32,000 nt of DNA from Candidatus Calditenuaceae archaeon (GTDB lineage Archaea; Thermoproteota; Nitrososphaeria_A; Caldarchaeales; Calditenuaceae). Where the stretch lies: contig JANXDI010000012.1 in NCBI GenBank assembly GCA_025059595.1, forward strand, positions 1 to 32,000, written 5' to 3'. The notes below the pieces were generated by a model. The model saw nothing but the letters and a program-made list of their open reading frames with translations. It was not told the DNA's origin and did not search any database. Position numbers and translations under genes: made by a program. Positions within the stretch are counted from its first letter, which is position 1; every line of letters begins with the position of its first letter. Shown piece after piece: positions 22,883 through 32,000 of the stretch.

Positions 22883-24505
22883 CTAGTCTAGCTCGGGCGT
22901 CTCTCCCTCTTTCTTCTTCTCCTCCTTCTTCTTAGAGGCTGCGACAACGTCGTCTATTCTGAGTATCATCGCCGCGGCCTCGAAGCTGGATTTCAGGGCC
23001 TGGGCCTTTACCTTGAAGGGCTCGATGACTCCTAGGCTAATCATGTCCTCTATCTTGCCGTTGTAGATGTTGATTCCATGCGTGTATCCCGCGTCTACGT
23101 GCTTGCTCCTAAGGGAGGACATTATGTCGACTGGGTCTAGGCCCGCATTCTCAGCTAGCGTCCTCGGAATAACTTCTAGGGCCTCTGCGAAGGCGGTCAT
23201 GGCGAGCTGCTCCTTGCCGGAATACTTTGAGGCGTGATTCCTAATGTATTGGGCGAGCTCTGTCTCGACCGCACCACCTCCCGGGACGAACCTGTTGTCG
23301 TCTACGATTGTTATCATGTTCATCAATGCGTCGTTTAGTGAACGCTCGGCCTCGTCGAGCTGGCGCTCAAGCCCAGCCCTCAACAGTATCGAGACGGCTC
23401 TTGGGTTCTTGCAGCCCTCCACGAAGACAAGTCTGTCCTCGCCAATCTTCCTCTCCTCGACGAGCGCGGCCTCTCCGAGGTCCTTTGGCGAGAGGTCCTC
23501 AAAATTCGTGACTATTCTCCCGCCCGTCGCCTTCTCGAGCTTCTCCATATCGCTCCTCTTCACCCTCCTCACCGCGAGAATTCCGGCCTTGGCGAGGAAG
23601 AACTGGGCGGCGTCGTCGATGCCCTTCTGGCAGAATACGACGTTAGCACCCACCTGAGATACCTTGTCGACCATCTCCTTCAGAATACGGGCCTCCTCGT
23701 CGAGGAACTCCTTAATCTTGAGTGGGTCCCTGATTCTTATCTCGGCGCTAAACTCGGTCTTCTCAATCTCGAAGGGCGCGTCGATTATCGCTATCTTGGC
23801 GTTGGTTACGCGCTTAGGCATCCCAGGGTGGACGACCTCCTTGTCGATGACGACGCCCCTTATGAGCTGGGACTCGATGATGCTTTTACCCATCTTCTTC
23901 ACAATCTGTATGTCGTCCTTGTCAGCCCTCAGCTTGCCGTTGTAGTCCTTGACGACGCTGAGGACCGCGTCGATTGCGATGTTTGAGATGTGCTCCATCC
24001 CGAAGCCCAGCGACTTGCTTCCGAGGCTTGTTCGGACAATCTTAGCTAGTGTCTCCTTGTCAGTCAGCTTCACCTCTGTCGAGATCTCGTTGAGACGTTT
24101 CAAGGCTAGGTCGAGGGCCCTCTTGTAACCGGTTATGATTGTGCTGGGGTGAATCTTCTGCTCAATCAGCTCCTCAGCCTTGGCGAGAAGCTCACCCGCG
24201 ATTAAGACCGCGCTAGTTGTCCCGTCTCCAACCGACTTGTCCTGAGTCTTCGCAACCTCGATTATCATCTTCGCAGCGGGGTGCTCCACGTCCATCTTCT
24301 CGAGAATCGTGGCGCCGTCGTTGGTAACTATGACGTCTCCGATTGTGTCGACCAGTATCTTATCCATACCCTTAGGCCCAAGCGTTGATTTCACCATCTC
24401 GGCGATTATCCTCGCCGCCGTTATGTTATTTCTCTGCGCCGATCTTCCCCGCGTCCTCGATGTTCCCTCCTTCAGAATTAAAACTGGCTGACCGGCTAGA
24501 GCCAT
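22883..24505 (-). CDS. ths: thermosome subunit (group II chaperonin)
   Basis: [49 protein letters not shown] motifs and a Lys/Glu-rich C-terminal tail. 540 aa. Confidence 0.95.
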   Translation of the reverse strand: MALAGQPVLILKEGTSRTRGRSAQRNNITAARIIAEMVKSTLGPKGMDKILVDTIGDVIVTNDGATILEKMDVEHPAAKMIIEVAKTQDKSVGDGTTSAVLIAGELLAKAEELIEQKIHPSTIITGYKRALDLALKRLNEISTEVKLTDKETLAKIVRTSLGSKSLGFGMEHISNIAIDAVLSVVKDYNGKLRADKDDIQIVKKMGKSIIESQLIRGVVIDKEVVHPGMPKRVTNAKIAIIDAPFEIEKTEFSAEIRIRDPLKIKEFLDEEARILKEMVDKVSQVGANVVFCQKGIDDAAQFFLAKAGILAVRRVKRSDMEKLEKATGGRIVTNFEDLSPKDLGEAALVEERKIGEDRLVFVEGCKNPRAVSILLRAGLERQLDEAERSLNDALMNMITIVDDNRFVPGGGAVETELAQYIRNHASKYSGKEQLAMTAFAEALEVIPRTLAENAGLDPVDIMSSLRSKHVDAGYTHGINIYNGKIEDMISLGVIEPFKVKAQALKSSFEAAAMILRIDDVVAASKKKEEKKKEGETPELD

Positions 24506-24648
24506 ATCCTCTGCACCGGACTCTATTGTCTAGACCCCAAATTTAAAGCTAAACCCTCTATTATCTATGAAAAGGCGGGTCAGCGATTTAAGCGTCTGAG
24601 GCGGGTAAAGACTTAAACACTTGTTGGCTTTCAAGACTTCTTTAGGGC

Positions 24649-25497
24649 ATGGTGCTTCTCGGTGCTCATGTCTCGATTTCTGGCTCGGTCGCCCTTTCGG
24701 TGGACAGGGCGAAGAGCCTCGGCTGCACGACCTTCCAGATATTCACGAGGAATCCGAGGGGCTGGATTTCCAAGAAGCTGAAGCGCGAGGAGGTTGAGGA
24801 GTTCATCAAGAAGAAGGGGGAGGCGGGATATGACGTCGTGGTTGCTCACATGCCCTACCTGCCCAATATTGCGAGCCCCGAGCCCCTGAGCTGGAGACGC
24901 TCAGTTAAGAGCTTAGCTGAGGAGCTTGAGAGGTGTGAGATGCTGGGGGTCAATTTCCTTGTCTGTCATATTGGGAGCCACATGGGCAGGGGCGTTGAGA
25001 AGGGGGTTGCGCAGGTTGCGAGGGCTGTCAGCGAGACGCTCACGAGGGTTGAGGCCAAGTGCATGATTCTTTTGGAGAACATGGCGGGCCAGAAGAACAG
25101 CGTCGGCTCATACTTTCCCCAGATTCGGGCCATCCTCGACAAGATTGGTGACGAGAGCAGGGTCGGGGTCTGCCTCGACACCTGCCACCTCTACGCGGCG
25201 GGGTATGACGTGGCCTCAGAGGAGGGGCTTGAAAAAACCCTCTCAGAGTTTGACAACGGTGTTGGGCTCAAGACACTTAAGGTTCTCCACCTGAATGACT
25301 CGCGGGGCAAGCTTGGAAGCCACCTAGACAGGCACGAGCACATAGGCAGGGGATACATCGGCGAGGACGGGTTCCGGGCCATAGTCAACCACAAGCACCT
25401 CCGCGGCCTGCCCATGATTCTCGAGACACCGCAAGATGATTACGGCGGATACGAGGTGGACCTCGAGACGATTAGGAGGCTACTTTCGCATGGCTAG
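24649..25497 (+). CDS. nfo: endonuclease IV (AP endonuclease, TIM barrel)
   Basis: LGAHVSISG N-terminus, HMPYLPNIASP, LVCHIGSH, LENMAGQKN, CLDTCHLYAAGYD, HLNDS...DRHEHIG metal-ligand motifs. Confidence 0.92.
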   Translation: MVLLGAHVSISGSVALSVDRAKSLGCTTFQIFTRNPRGWISKKLKREEVEEFIKKKGEAGYDVVVAHMPYLPNIASPEPLSWRRSVKSLAEELERCEMLGVNFLVCHIGSHMGRGVEKGVAQVARAVSETLTRVEAKCMILLENMAGQKNSVGSYFPQIRAILDKIGDESRVGVCLDTCHLYAAGYDVASEEGLEKTLSEFDNGVGLKTLKVLHLNDSRGKLGSHLDRHEHIGRGYIGEDGFRAIVNHKHLRGLPMILETPQDDYGGYEVDLETIRRLLSHG

Positions 25498-26002
25498 CCG
25501 GCTGCTCAAGACGATAAATAATGTCGTCAGGCTCGGCACCTCCAAGCTTGCTCTGAAGTTTGTTCTGGTCGGAATCATATGCCTCCTGCTCGCCGAGGCG
25601 ATTCTCTACCTGCTCGTGGATGTTTGGGGCGTCAACTCCCTCGTCGCAGGCGCGGTCTCAATCGAGATATCCGTAGTCGCCAACTTTATAATTAATGATG
25701 TCTGGACATTCAGGGAGAGCAGGTCCTCCGACGGATTCTTCACGAGGATGCTGAAGTTCCACATTACGAGGGTTGCGAGCATCGCTGTGAACTATGGAAT
25801 CTACAGCCTCCTCGTGGCCCTGCTCGGCGTCAACCACCTCCTCGCTTATTTCGTAGCCACGGTCGTGGCCTTCTCCATCAATTTTCTGACGAGCGTCGTC
25901 TGGGTTTGGCGCGGCGTGCTAAGCGGCCAGCAAGGCGTCCCTACTGGGAGGCCGCCCTCTCAACCATCACGATTTCGGGGTCGCTGTATCCCAGCGTCTT
26001 GA
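25490..26002 (+). CDS. GtrA-family membrane protein
   Basis: ATG overlaps the nfo stop (ATGGCTAG). 4 TM helices with GtrA-like motifs (KFVLVGIICLLLAEAILYLL, NFIINDVWTFRE, NFLTSVVWVW). The non-hydrophobic C-terminal tail of about 30 aa overlaps the convergent gene. Confidence 0.75.
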   Translation: MASRLLKTINNVVRLGTSKLALKFVLVGIICLLLAEAILYLLVDVWGVNSLVAGAVSIEISVVANFIINDVWTFRESRSSDGFFTRMLKFHITRVASIAVNYGIYSLLVALLGVNHLLAYFVATVVAFSINFLTSVVWVWRGVLSGQQGVPTGRPPSQPSRFRGRCIPAS

Positions 26003-26384
26003 GCCCGCGGAGCATCAAGGCGAGGTAGGGGCGGGAGGGGGCTACGTGTTTTCTCGGGCTGGTTGAGATATAGGTGTAAGCTTCCTCGACGCCTGTATCG
26101 GTTTTGACGCGTATCTTTATCCGACTTCTGATGCTCGGCGTGCCCTGGTATCTGTCGAGGACTGGGAAGTCCTCGCCCTCAATAGTGTATAGGGCGCCTA
26201 TCACGTAGCTGTTGTCCTTCTCCTCTATCCCCGCAATCCCTCCGCGCCACGCGGCCGAGTAGGTGTCGAAGACGAGCTTATACCCCTCAAGCCTCGCCCT
26301 ACGGGGCACGCTCCATTTACCGAGAATCTTTCTAATGACCTCGGGGTTGAGGGTCACATCATAGGCGAAGTAGTTGACGGCCAT
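25941..26384 (-). CDS. gamma-glutamylcyclotransferase / AIG2-like fold protein (divergent signature motifs)
   Basis: The overall pattern YFAY-x5..., GYKLVFD..., VIGALYTI...LDRYQG...AYTYI matches the GGCT/AIG2 layout. However, YGS is replaced by YDV, and the Glu of LDxxEG by Gln. Confidence 0.65.
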   Translation of the reverse strand: MAVNYFAYDVTLNPEVIRKILGKWSVPRRARLEGYKLVFDTYSAAWRGGIAGIEEKDNSYVIGALYTIEGEDFPVLDRYQGTPSIRSRIKIRVKTDTGVEEAYTYISTSPRKHVAPSRPYLALMLRGLKTLGYSDPEIVMVERAASQ

Positions 26385-26430
26385 GCGCGGATGCCTGTGT
26401 GGGAGATTGGTGTGGGTTTTATTTGAGGAG

Positions 26431-27372
26431 TTGCTAGGTTCTTCTGCCGTGGCCGTAAGAGTTGTTGCCCCTGCGAGGCTTCATCTGGGCTTCGCCTCGA
26501 CGGGTTTGCTTATGTGGCCGTGGTCGGGGATAGGGCTCGCGGTTGAGGAGCCTCAGACTGTCGTGGAGGCCCGGCCCGTTGGAGAGCCGGGAATTCGGGT
26601 CTCTGGGCCGAGGAGCGATGAGGCGCTGGAGCTTGCGGAGCTTGTGGCCCGGCGGGTCGGCTTGGGGGCTGGTGTGGACTTGAGGGTCGTCGATGCACCT
26701 CCGCGGCATGTAGGGTTGGGCGCTGGGACTCAGCTTGCTCTCTCGGTTCTTGAGGCGGTCTCGCGGATTGCCGGCGCGGAGCCTCGGCTCGATATTCTTG
26801 TGAGCGCAGGCGTTGTAGGCGCCTTCTCATGGGTAGGCGTCGCGGCCTTCAAATCTGGCGGATTCATCATCGACCTCGGCGCGGGTTTGTCGGTTAGGAG
26901 GCAACACATCACGCTAAGGTTTCCTCAGGAGTGGCTGGTGGTTCATGCCCGTCCGCCGGGCAGGCAGGGACATCCAAGAAAAGGTGAGGCCGAGAAGCTT
27001 AGAGCCATGAGCTACAGTAGGGAGACTGAGCAGCGGCTAGTCGAGCTCCTAATGAAGGAGATAGTCCCGGGCGTCCTCGACAGGGACTTAGAGCTCTTCG
27101 GCCGCGGCCTCGCAGAATACCAGAGAACCGTCGGAGCGGCCTTTGCCTCACATCAGCAGGGGACGTTCAACCCAGACTCAAAGCCAATCGTCTCAGCCAT
27201 GGAGGAGGCAGGGCTCCTCGGCGTCGGGCAGTCTAGCTGGGGGCCAACGGTCTACGGCTTCACCGAGTCGCGGAGGAGGGCTGAGGAGACTGCTCGGAGC
27301 CTCTCCGAGAGGCTTGGCCTAGTCGCCACGGTTACCGAGGCAAACAACTCTGGGGCAAGGGTATCCACGTAA
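26431..27372 (+). CDS. beta-ribofuranosylaminobenzene 5'-phosphate synthase-like (GHMP-kinase-fold) protein
   Basis: N-terminus VRVVAPARLHLGF...GIGLAVEEP resembles the beta-RFAP synthase family start. C-terminus GVGQSSWGPTVYGF resembles the GHMP C-terminal glycine-rich motif. The ORF is open from 26374, but that start would overlap the divergent gene. TTG 26431 or GTG 26449 are more plausible. Confidence 0.6.
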   Translation: MLGSSAVAVRVVAPARLHLGFASTGLLMWPWSGIGLAVEEPQTVVEARPVGEPGIRVSGPRSDEALELAELVARRVGLGAGVDLRVVDAPPRHVGLGAGTQLALSVLEAVSRIAGAEPRLDILVSAGVVGAFSWVGVAAFKSGGFIIDLGAGLSVRRQHITLRFPQEWLVVHARPPGRQGHPRKGEAEKLRAMSYSRETEQRLVELLMKEIVPGVLDRDLELFGRGLAEYQRTVGAAFASHQQGTFNPDSKPIVSAMEEAGLLGVGQSSWGPTVYGFTESRRRAEETARSLSERLGLVATVTEANNSGARVST

Positions 27373-27451
27373 TCCGTTCTAGAGACTTGGAGATTCCGCG
27401 GGGCCGTGGCTGGGTAGATAGGCTTTAAACCACACGTCGGCCTTCATTGGT

Positions 27452-29242
27452 TTGGGAGAAGGGAGATTGGACTTCTCGCGGCTAGTCAGCTTCTATGAGA
27501 GGCTTGAGGCCACTACCAAGCGGCTCGAGATGCGTGACATACTGGTGGAGCTTTTCCGGGAGAGTGAGCCGGGCGAGGCTGGTAAGATAGCTTACCTAAC
27601 GCTGGGAGAGCTCTACCCTCCGCACACGGGGGTCGAGCTGGGGATGGCTGAGAAGCTCGCGATAAGGGCGCTGAGGCTTGTGAGCGGCGTGGATGAGCAG
27701 AGGGTTGAGGAGCTTCTGAGGAAGACCGGCGACCTCGGCCTCGTCGCGGAGCAGCTCCTATCATCCAAGAAGACCCAGATGACGCTGAGCCTCGAGGAGC
27801 TGACGGTTGAGAAGGTCTACGGCCAGCTTGAGAGGATTGCGCGCTTCGCCGGTGAGGGGGCGATGGAGATGAAGGTCAAGACACTCTCCGGCCTCCTAGC
27901 CCAGGCCTCTCCGAAGGAGGCCAAATACCTCATCCGCCTTGTGACGGGAAAGATGAGGCTCGGCGTAGCGGACATGACGATTATCGACGCCCTTGCCGCG
28001 ATGAGCGGCGGAGGTAAGGAGGAGATTGAGCGCGCCTACAATCTCTGCTCCGACATAGGGCTCGTCGCCTCGACCGTGAAGTCCGCGGGCGTGGAAGGAG
28101 CCTCCAGAATCGGAATGAGGTTTGGAATACCCGTGAGGCCGATGCTGGCTGAGAGGCTCACGTCCGCCGAGGAGATTCTGGGGAAGTTGGACGGCACGGG
28201 ATTCGCGGAATACAAGTATGATGGCGAGAGAATGCAGATACATAAGCAGAACTCGCATGTCCTAATCTTTTCGAGGAGGCAGGAGAACATAACGTCGCAG
28301 TTCCCAGACGTCGTCGAGATGTGTAGGCGCGGGTTGAAGGCGCGTGAAGCCATCGCTGAATGTGAGGCCGTGGCATACGACCCAGACACGGGAGACATGC
28401 TCCCCTTCCAAGAACTGATGCACAGGAGGAGAAAATACGACATCGAAAAAGCCGCGCAACTCTACCCCGTGAGCCTCTTCTTCTTCGACGCCCTCTATGT
28501 GGACGGCCAGCCGCTCATCGACCTCCCTCTCCTCGAGAGGAGGAAGATGCTTGAGAGCATATTGGAACCCTCGGAGAACTTCAGGCTCACCGAGGGGATA
28601 GTTGTCTCAGACTCTGAGAACCTCGACAAGTTCATGCTGAAGGCCGTGGAGGCCGGCTGCGAAGGCGTCATAGTCAAGGACATATCGCCCAAGTCGGTCT
28701 ACAGGGCTGGCGCGAGGGGCTGGCTCTGGATAAAATACAAGCGGAGCTACGTCTCGAAGCTAACCGACACACTCGACCTCGTAGTGGTCGGAGCCTTCTA
28801 CGGTAAGGGGAAGAGGAGTGGAAAGATTGGGACGCTCCTGATGGCCGCATACGACGAGGACGCCGATGTCTTCAAGACCGTCTGCAAAGTCGGAACAGGA
28901 TTCAAGGACGAAGACCTAGAACACCTAACAGAGACCCTCACACCCATAGCCCTCAGCAGGAAGCCAGCCCGAGTCGAGTCAATAATGGAGCCAGACATCT
29001 GGGTAAGGCCCGAAATGGTCCTAGAGATAGTCGGAGACGAGATAACCCTCAGCCCAATACACACCTGCGGCTGGGGCGCCATCCGGCAAGACGCAGGCCT
29101 CGCAGTCAGATTCCCCAGATTCACGGGCAGATACAGGGAGGACAAAACACCCGAAGACGCGACAACAGTCAAAGAGATAATGGAGATGTATAAGTCACAG
29201 CTCAAGGTTATAGCTAGTGGAGAGGAGAGTGAGGCCGCTTAA
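27452..29242 (+). CDS. lig: ATP-dependent DNA ligase
   Basis: Adenylation motif I EYKYDGER, motif III FFFDALYVDG, motif IV CEGVIVK, motif V LDLVVVGAFYGKGKRSG, motif VI LRFPRFTGRYREDK. 596 aa. Confidence 0.95.
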   Translation: MGEGRLDFSRLVSFYERLEATTKRLEMRDILVELFRESEPGEAGKIAYLTLGELYPPHTGVELGMAEKLAIRALRLVSGVDEQRVEELLRKTGDLGLVAEQLLSSKKTQMTLSLEELTVEKVYGQLERIARFAGEGAMEMKVKTLSGLLAQASPKEAKYLIRLVTGKMRLGVADMTIIDALAAMSGGGKEEIERAYNLCSDIGLVASTVKSAGVEGASRIGMRFGIPVRPMLAERLTSAEEILGKLDGTGFAEYKYDGERMQIHKQNSHVLIFSRRQENITSQFPDVVEMCRRGLKAREAIAECEAVAYDPDTGDMLPFQELMHRRRKYDIEKAAQLYPVSLFFFDALYVDGQPLIDLPLLERRKMLESILEPSENFRLTEGIVVSDSENLDKFMLKAVEAGCEGVIVKDISPKSVYRAGARGWLWIKYKRSYVSKLTDTLDLVVVGAFYGKGKRSGKIGTLLMAAYDEDADVFKTVCKVGTGFKDEDLEHLTETLTPIALSRKPARVESIMEPDIWVRPEMVLEIVGDEITLSPIHTCGWGAIRQDAGLAVRFPRFTGRYREDKTPEDATTVKEIMEMYKSQLKVIASGEESEAA

Positions 29243-29315
29243 GTCGCGCGGTATCGGAAACAGACAAAAGTAGCTCCAGCAACAACATACTACTTGATAA
29301 CATAGAGCGAGGAAC

Positions 29316-29327
29316 TTTTTTATATCA
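29316..29327 (+). promoter_or_regulatory. TATA box candidate for the beta-helix gene
   Basis: TTTTTTATATCA is centred about 38 nt upstream of TTG 29360. Confidence 0.35.
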
Positions 29328-29359
29328 CCGAATATCCCGCTCCACCCGAGTAGGACAGC

Positions 29360-31507
29360 TTGGGGGCCGCTAAACGTTTAGCAGTTTTCGCCCTTCTACT
29401 GACGATTACGCTATCGGCTCTAGCGGCTCAGATTCCGCGGGCCAGTGGAGCGACATTCACGGTGACGAACCTAAATGATTCCGGACCCGGAAGCTTGAGA
29501 CAGGCCATATCAGATGCCAATAACAGTCCAGGAATAGACAGGATAGAGTTCGATCCAGCATTAGCTGGGACAATAACTCTTGAGAGCCCACTACCCCAAA
29601 TAACAGAGGCCGTAATCATAGACGGCTCCACTGCTGGAGGACCAATAACTCTAGACGGCTCGACCTACAGCGTGGCTCAAGCCTTCACTATAACAGTCTG
29701 GTGGGGCGGGACTGAAATAACCTCACTAAGACTGAGAGGCTTCACTGAATATGGAATAATCGTGTCACAGGGACTGGACGAAGTCTTGATTCAAGACTTA
29801 GAAATCTCGGAGTGCGCATTCGGTGGGATATTAGTCATAAGATATGGTTGGGGTAGCTCGTCGTTTAATGTTAGAGTAGAGTCCTCCTCAATTCGCGATA
29901 ATGGAGGCGTCGGCATAGTAATCAGGGCGAGCGGAGTAACGGTAACCGACTCTGAAATCTACCGGAACGGAGGAGCGGGAATACTCATCACTGTAGACGG
30001 CGTAGACTTTTCCATAACCGGCCCGACCATAACTGGGTCCCGAATATACGATAACGGAGCCGAGGGGGTCCTGATAACTGGAGAGGTTTCGGGATCCATC
30101 ATAGGGCGTGATAACGTCATAGAGCGGAATAGGAGCGGTGGAATAACCATGGCAAGCGGCGACGCGGGTGCCCCAACCCGCAACGTAGTTGAGTCGAACA
30201 CGATAAGGTTCAACGACTATCAGGATGTCGTGCTAGTGGGTGAGGGGGTCCAATACAATGAAGTGGTCGGCAACTACATAACATCCGATGAAACGAGGAT
30301 AAGTAGCTTAGGCATAATAGTCAGAGACGGGCCAGACTATAACATTATTGAGAACAATATTGTTTCGAATCACCGCTTTGAAGGTATAGCGATAATCGGG
30401 CCTGAAACCGATAATAATGTAGTCCGTAACAACAGGGTGGGGGCCTTCGACGAGAACGGAAATCCTACAGGGGCTGTGCTCGACGGTAACGGCGCCGGAA
30501 TTCTCGTAGGAAATGACGCGGCCCCGGACGTCAACTACCCATTCCCCGTTTACGGCTCAGCTCGAAGCGGCCCCCGCCAGACGATAATAGAGGGGAACTG
30601 GGTTCTACTGAATAGGGGAGCTGGAATAATCCTAATCAGGGCGACCGATGTCGCCGCCTCCGGAAACATCGTCCAAGAGAATATGCTTTGGGGTTACTAT
30701 TGGGTCGGCTCGACGGGGGTCGCGGTAAACAGCGATGTAATAGGGAACGGTTTGGATGGCTTCAGGCTAGAACCGTACTACGGTGCTTCAGCATCGCCCG
30801 ACCCACCGGGTCCTAACGATGACGTGCTTCCAAACATCGTCTCGTGGAGTGGGACTAACATTTTGGATAATGGCGGCTACGCTATAAGGTTCGTGGATTT
30901 CCGCCGCCCCATCAGATACACACCACCCGCGCAGGTCTCTGGAAATGCACTTGGATACGTTGGACATTTCTGGCTCGGTTATGGCCAGGTTTTAGACGAG
31001 TCGAGTAACCCTGTGTCGGGCAGAACTATCGAGCTCCTAAGGAACGATGGTGACGGCGTGGCCGATTATGTCTGGGGCGCCTCAGACGCTCAAGGAAGAT
31101 ACGGACCACTCGGCTTCAACTACAACGATATATCGACATGGGAGCTAATTATTGAGTATGAGATGGATGAAGATGGTGGAACCCGCTTCTACAATCCATA
31201 CAGATTTAGACTTGACGGCGCGGACAGGGATGAGATTTATTTCTGGGATGGCAGATATCCCGACCCGCCAGACGAATCGGGTGGAGCGATAGAGTCTCCA
31301 CTTGATACCGGTGTTTACCGCTATCAATTTGTGCTTCTCGAAGTCAGACTACCACGTCTTGTTGGAGGTGAGATTGAGCAGGCCCGGCCAGTTGAGGCCG
31401 GAGGGCGGCTGTCGGGTGATTCCAGGAATCCAGCGTTGTTCGCCGTCTTGGTAAGTCTGGCCCTTGCCGCGACTTTGGCCCTTCTGTTTATGATGCGTCG
31501 AGGCTGA
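29360..31507 (+). CDS. secreted right-handed parallel beta-helix repeat protein with C-terminal membrane anchor
   Basis: Signal peptide (LAVFALLLTITLSALAAQ). N-terminal motif FTVTNLNDSGPGSLRQAISDANNSPGIDRIEFD...ITLESPLPQI is typical of beta-helix adhesin-like proteins. Many repeats of the type NxxxGIxIxxS (IRDNGGVGIVI, IYRNGGAGILI, IYDNGAEGVLI, IERNRSGGITM). The C-terminal hydrophobic stretch ends in RRG. Confidence 0.8.
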   Translation: MGAAKRLAVFALLLTITLSALAAQIPRASGATFTVTNLNDSGPGSLRQAISDANNSPGIDRIEFDPALAGTITLESPLPQITEAVIIDGSTAGGPITLDGSTYSVAQAFTITVWWGGTEITSLRLRGFTEYGIIVSQGLDEVLIQDLEISECAFGGILVIRYGWGSSSFNVRVESSSIRDNGGVGIVIRASGVTVTDSEIYRNGGAGILITVDGVDFSITGPTITGSRIYDNGAEGVLITGEVSGSIIGRDNVIERNRSGGITMASGDAGAPTRNVVESNTIRFNDYQDVVLVGEGVQYNEVVGNYITSDETRISSLGIIVRDGPDYNIIENNIVSNHRFEGIAIIGPETDNNVVRNNRVGAFDENGNPTGAVLDGNGAGILVGNDAAPDVNYPFPVYGSARSGPRQTIIEGNWVLLNRGAGIILIRATDVAASGNIVQENMLWGYYWVGSTGVAVNSDVIGNGLDGFRLEPYYGASASPDPPGPNDDVLPNIVSWSGTNILDNGGYAIRFVDFRRPIRYTPPAQVSGNALGYVGHFWLGYGQVLDESSNPVSGRTIELLRNDGDGVADYVWGASDAQGRYGPLGFNYNDISTWELIIEYEMDEDGGTRFYNPYRFRLDGADRDEIYFWDGRYPDPPDESGGAIESPLDTGVYRYQFVLLEVRLPRLVGGEIEQARPVEAGGRLSGDSRNPALFAVLVSLALAATLALLFMMRRG

Positions 31508-31545
31508 TTATTCAGATAACTTTGCTCACAGCTGATTTATGAGGC

Positions 31546-32000
31546 TTACCTCTTGTCGTAGTATCTCAGACTAGCGCCTGTTTCAGGGTCTGGCCCCACC
31601 TCCTCAACCGTCTTCGAGTAAGCCTCCCTCAGACTCATGCCGCCGGCGATATTCCTGACCAGCTCAAGCCCCACTCTATCCAGATATATATCTGTGGCCA
31701 CGTTATCCACGCCGACAAAGGCTGATGCGCCCCTACTCAGGAAGGCTGAGGCGAGAACTTCGTCCACCGCTGAATAGCAGCTCAGAACTACTATGGCGGA
31801 GCCGCGGAACCTCCCCTCAAGCTTATCGGAGACGAAGTGCGGTGTTATGACGAAGTAATCCTTGTCCCCGACATATGGCACCCCCCTAAGGAGGTAGCCT
31901 GACAGATACTCTTCCAGGTACTTGTTCTCATTGAAGGGTTCGGCGAAAAGGCCTGAGCCTATCAGCAGCCCGATGGGCTGCCTCAATCTCCCGCCGTGCA
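31546..32000 (-). CDS. hypothetical protein, C-terminal part (ORF open to window edge), possibly clan CD cysteine-peptidase-like fold
   Basis: The reading frame stays open upstream of the TTG at 31986. The motif AIVVLSCYSAV...AFLSRGASAFVG resembles the catalytic-Cys strand/helix of gingipain/caspase-like folds. Weak evidence. Confidence 0.4.
   Translation of the reverse strand, partial: HGGRLRQPIGLLIGSGLFAEPFNENKYLEEYLSGYLLRGVPYVGDKDYFVITPHFVSDKLEGRFRGSAIVVLSCYSAVDEVLASAFLSRGASAFVGVDNVATDIYLDRVGLELVRNIAGGMSLREAYSKTVEEVGPDPETGASLRYYDKR

Noticed and set aside
23244-23657. 137-aa plus-strand ORF (and others at 23308, 23664, 24309) inside the thermosome gene
   Set aside because: Antisense to an unambiguous group II chaperonin gene. 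The ORFs are low-complexity Ser-rich translations.
25941-26002. 62-nt convergent overlap of the GtrA-like and GGCT-like genes as a regulatory feature
   Set aside because: The GtrA-like C-terminal tail of about 30 aa is non-hydrophobic and looks like read-through past the functional end of the protein. The overlap is probably incidental.

Overview
This looks like an archaeal chromosome segment, probably from a hyperthermophilic crenarchaeal or TACK-type organism. Supporting signs are high G+C (many 60-nt lines at 60-68%), AGG/ATA/CTC-rich codon usage, frequent GTG/TTG starts, TATA boxes about 25-30 nt upstream of start codons (near-leaderless transcripts), a thermosome, an ATP-dependent DNA ligase and tRNAs without encoded CCA. 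All calls come from motif and architecture recognition in the supplied translations; no database search was run.

Housekeeping content: a 5'-truncated archaemetzincin, tRNA-Arg(GCG), an ABC ATPase plus large permease, an Mtq2/HemK-like methyltransferase, CoxM/CoxS-type dehydrogenase subunits, heme O synthase, an ADP-forming acetyl-CoA synthetase fused to a GNAT domain, tRNA-Glu(UUC), thermosome, endonuclease IV, GtrA-like protein, a GGCT/AIG2-like protein, a beta-RFAP-synthase-like protein, DNA ligase, a beta-helix surface protein and a partial peptidase-like ORF.

The most interesting part is a roughly 14 kb cell-surface locus (about 2850-16602):
- a FlaI/PilB-type ATPase with unusual N- and C-terminal extensions
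- a convergent, overlapping FlaJ/TadC-type platform gene
- a small monocistronic pilin gene
- a three-component lipid-carrier glycosylation module (GT2, small EamA-type membrane protein, GT-C-like polytopic protein)
- a tightly coupled 4-gene operon encoding three unusually large proteins with class III (prepilin-like) signal peptides, two of them clear paralogs, plus extremely Thr-rich modules
- a divergently transcribed membrane-anchored protein with a winged-helix segment and three zinc ribbons

I interpret this as a non-canonical type IV filament / adhesion system with dedicated glycosylation and its own membrane-bound regulator. That interpretation is inference.
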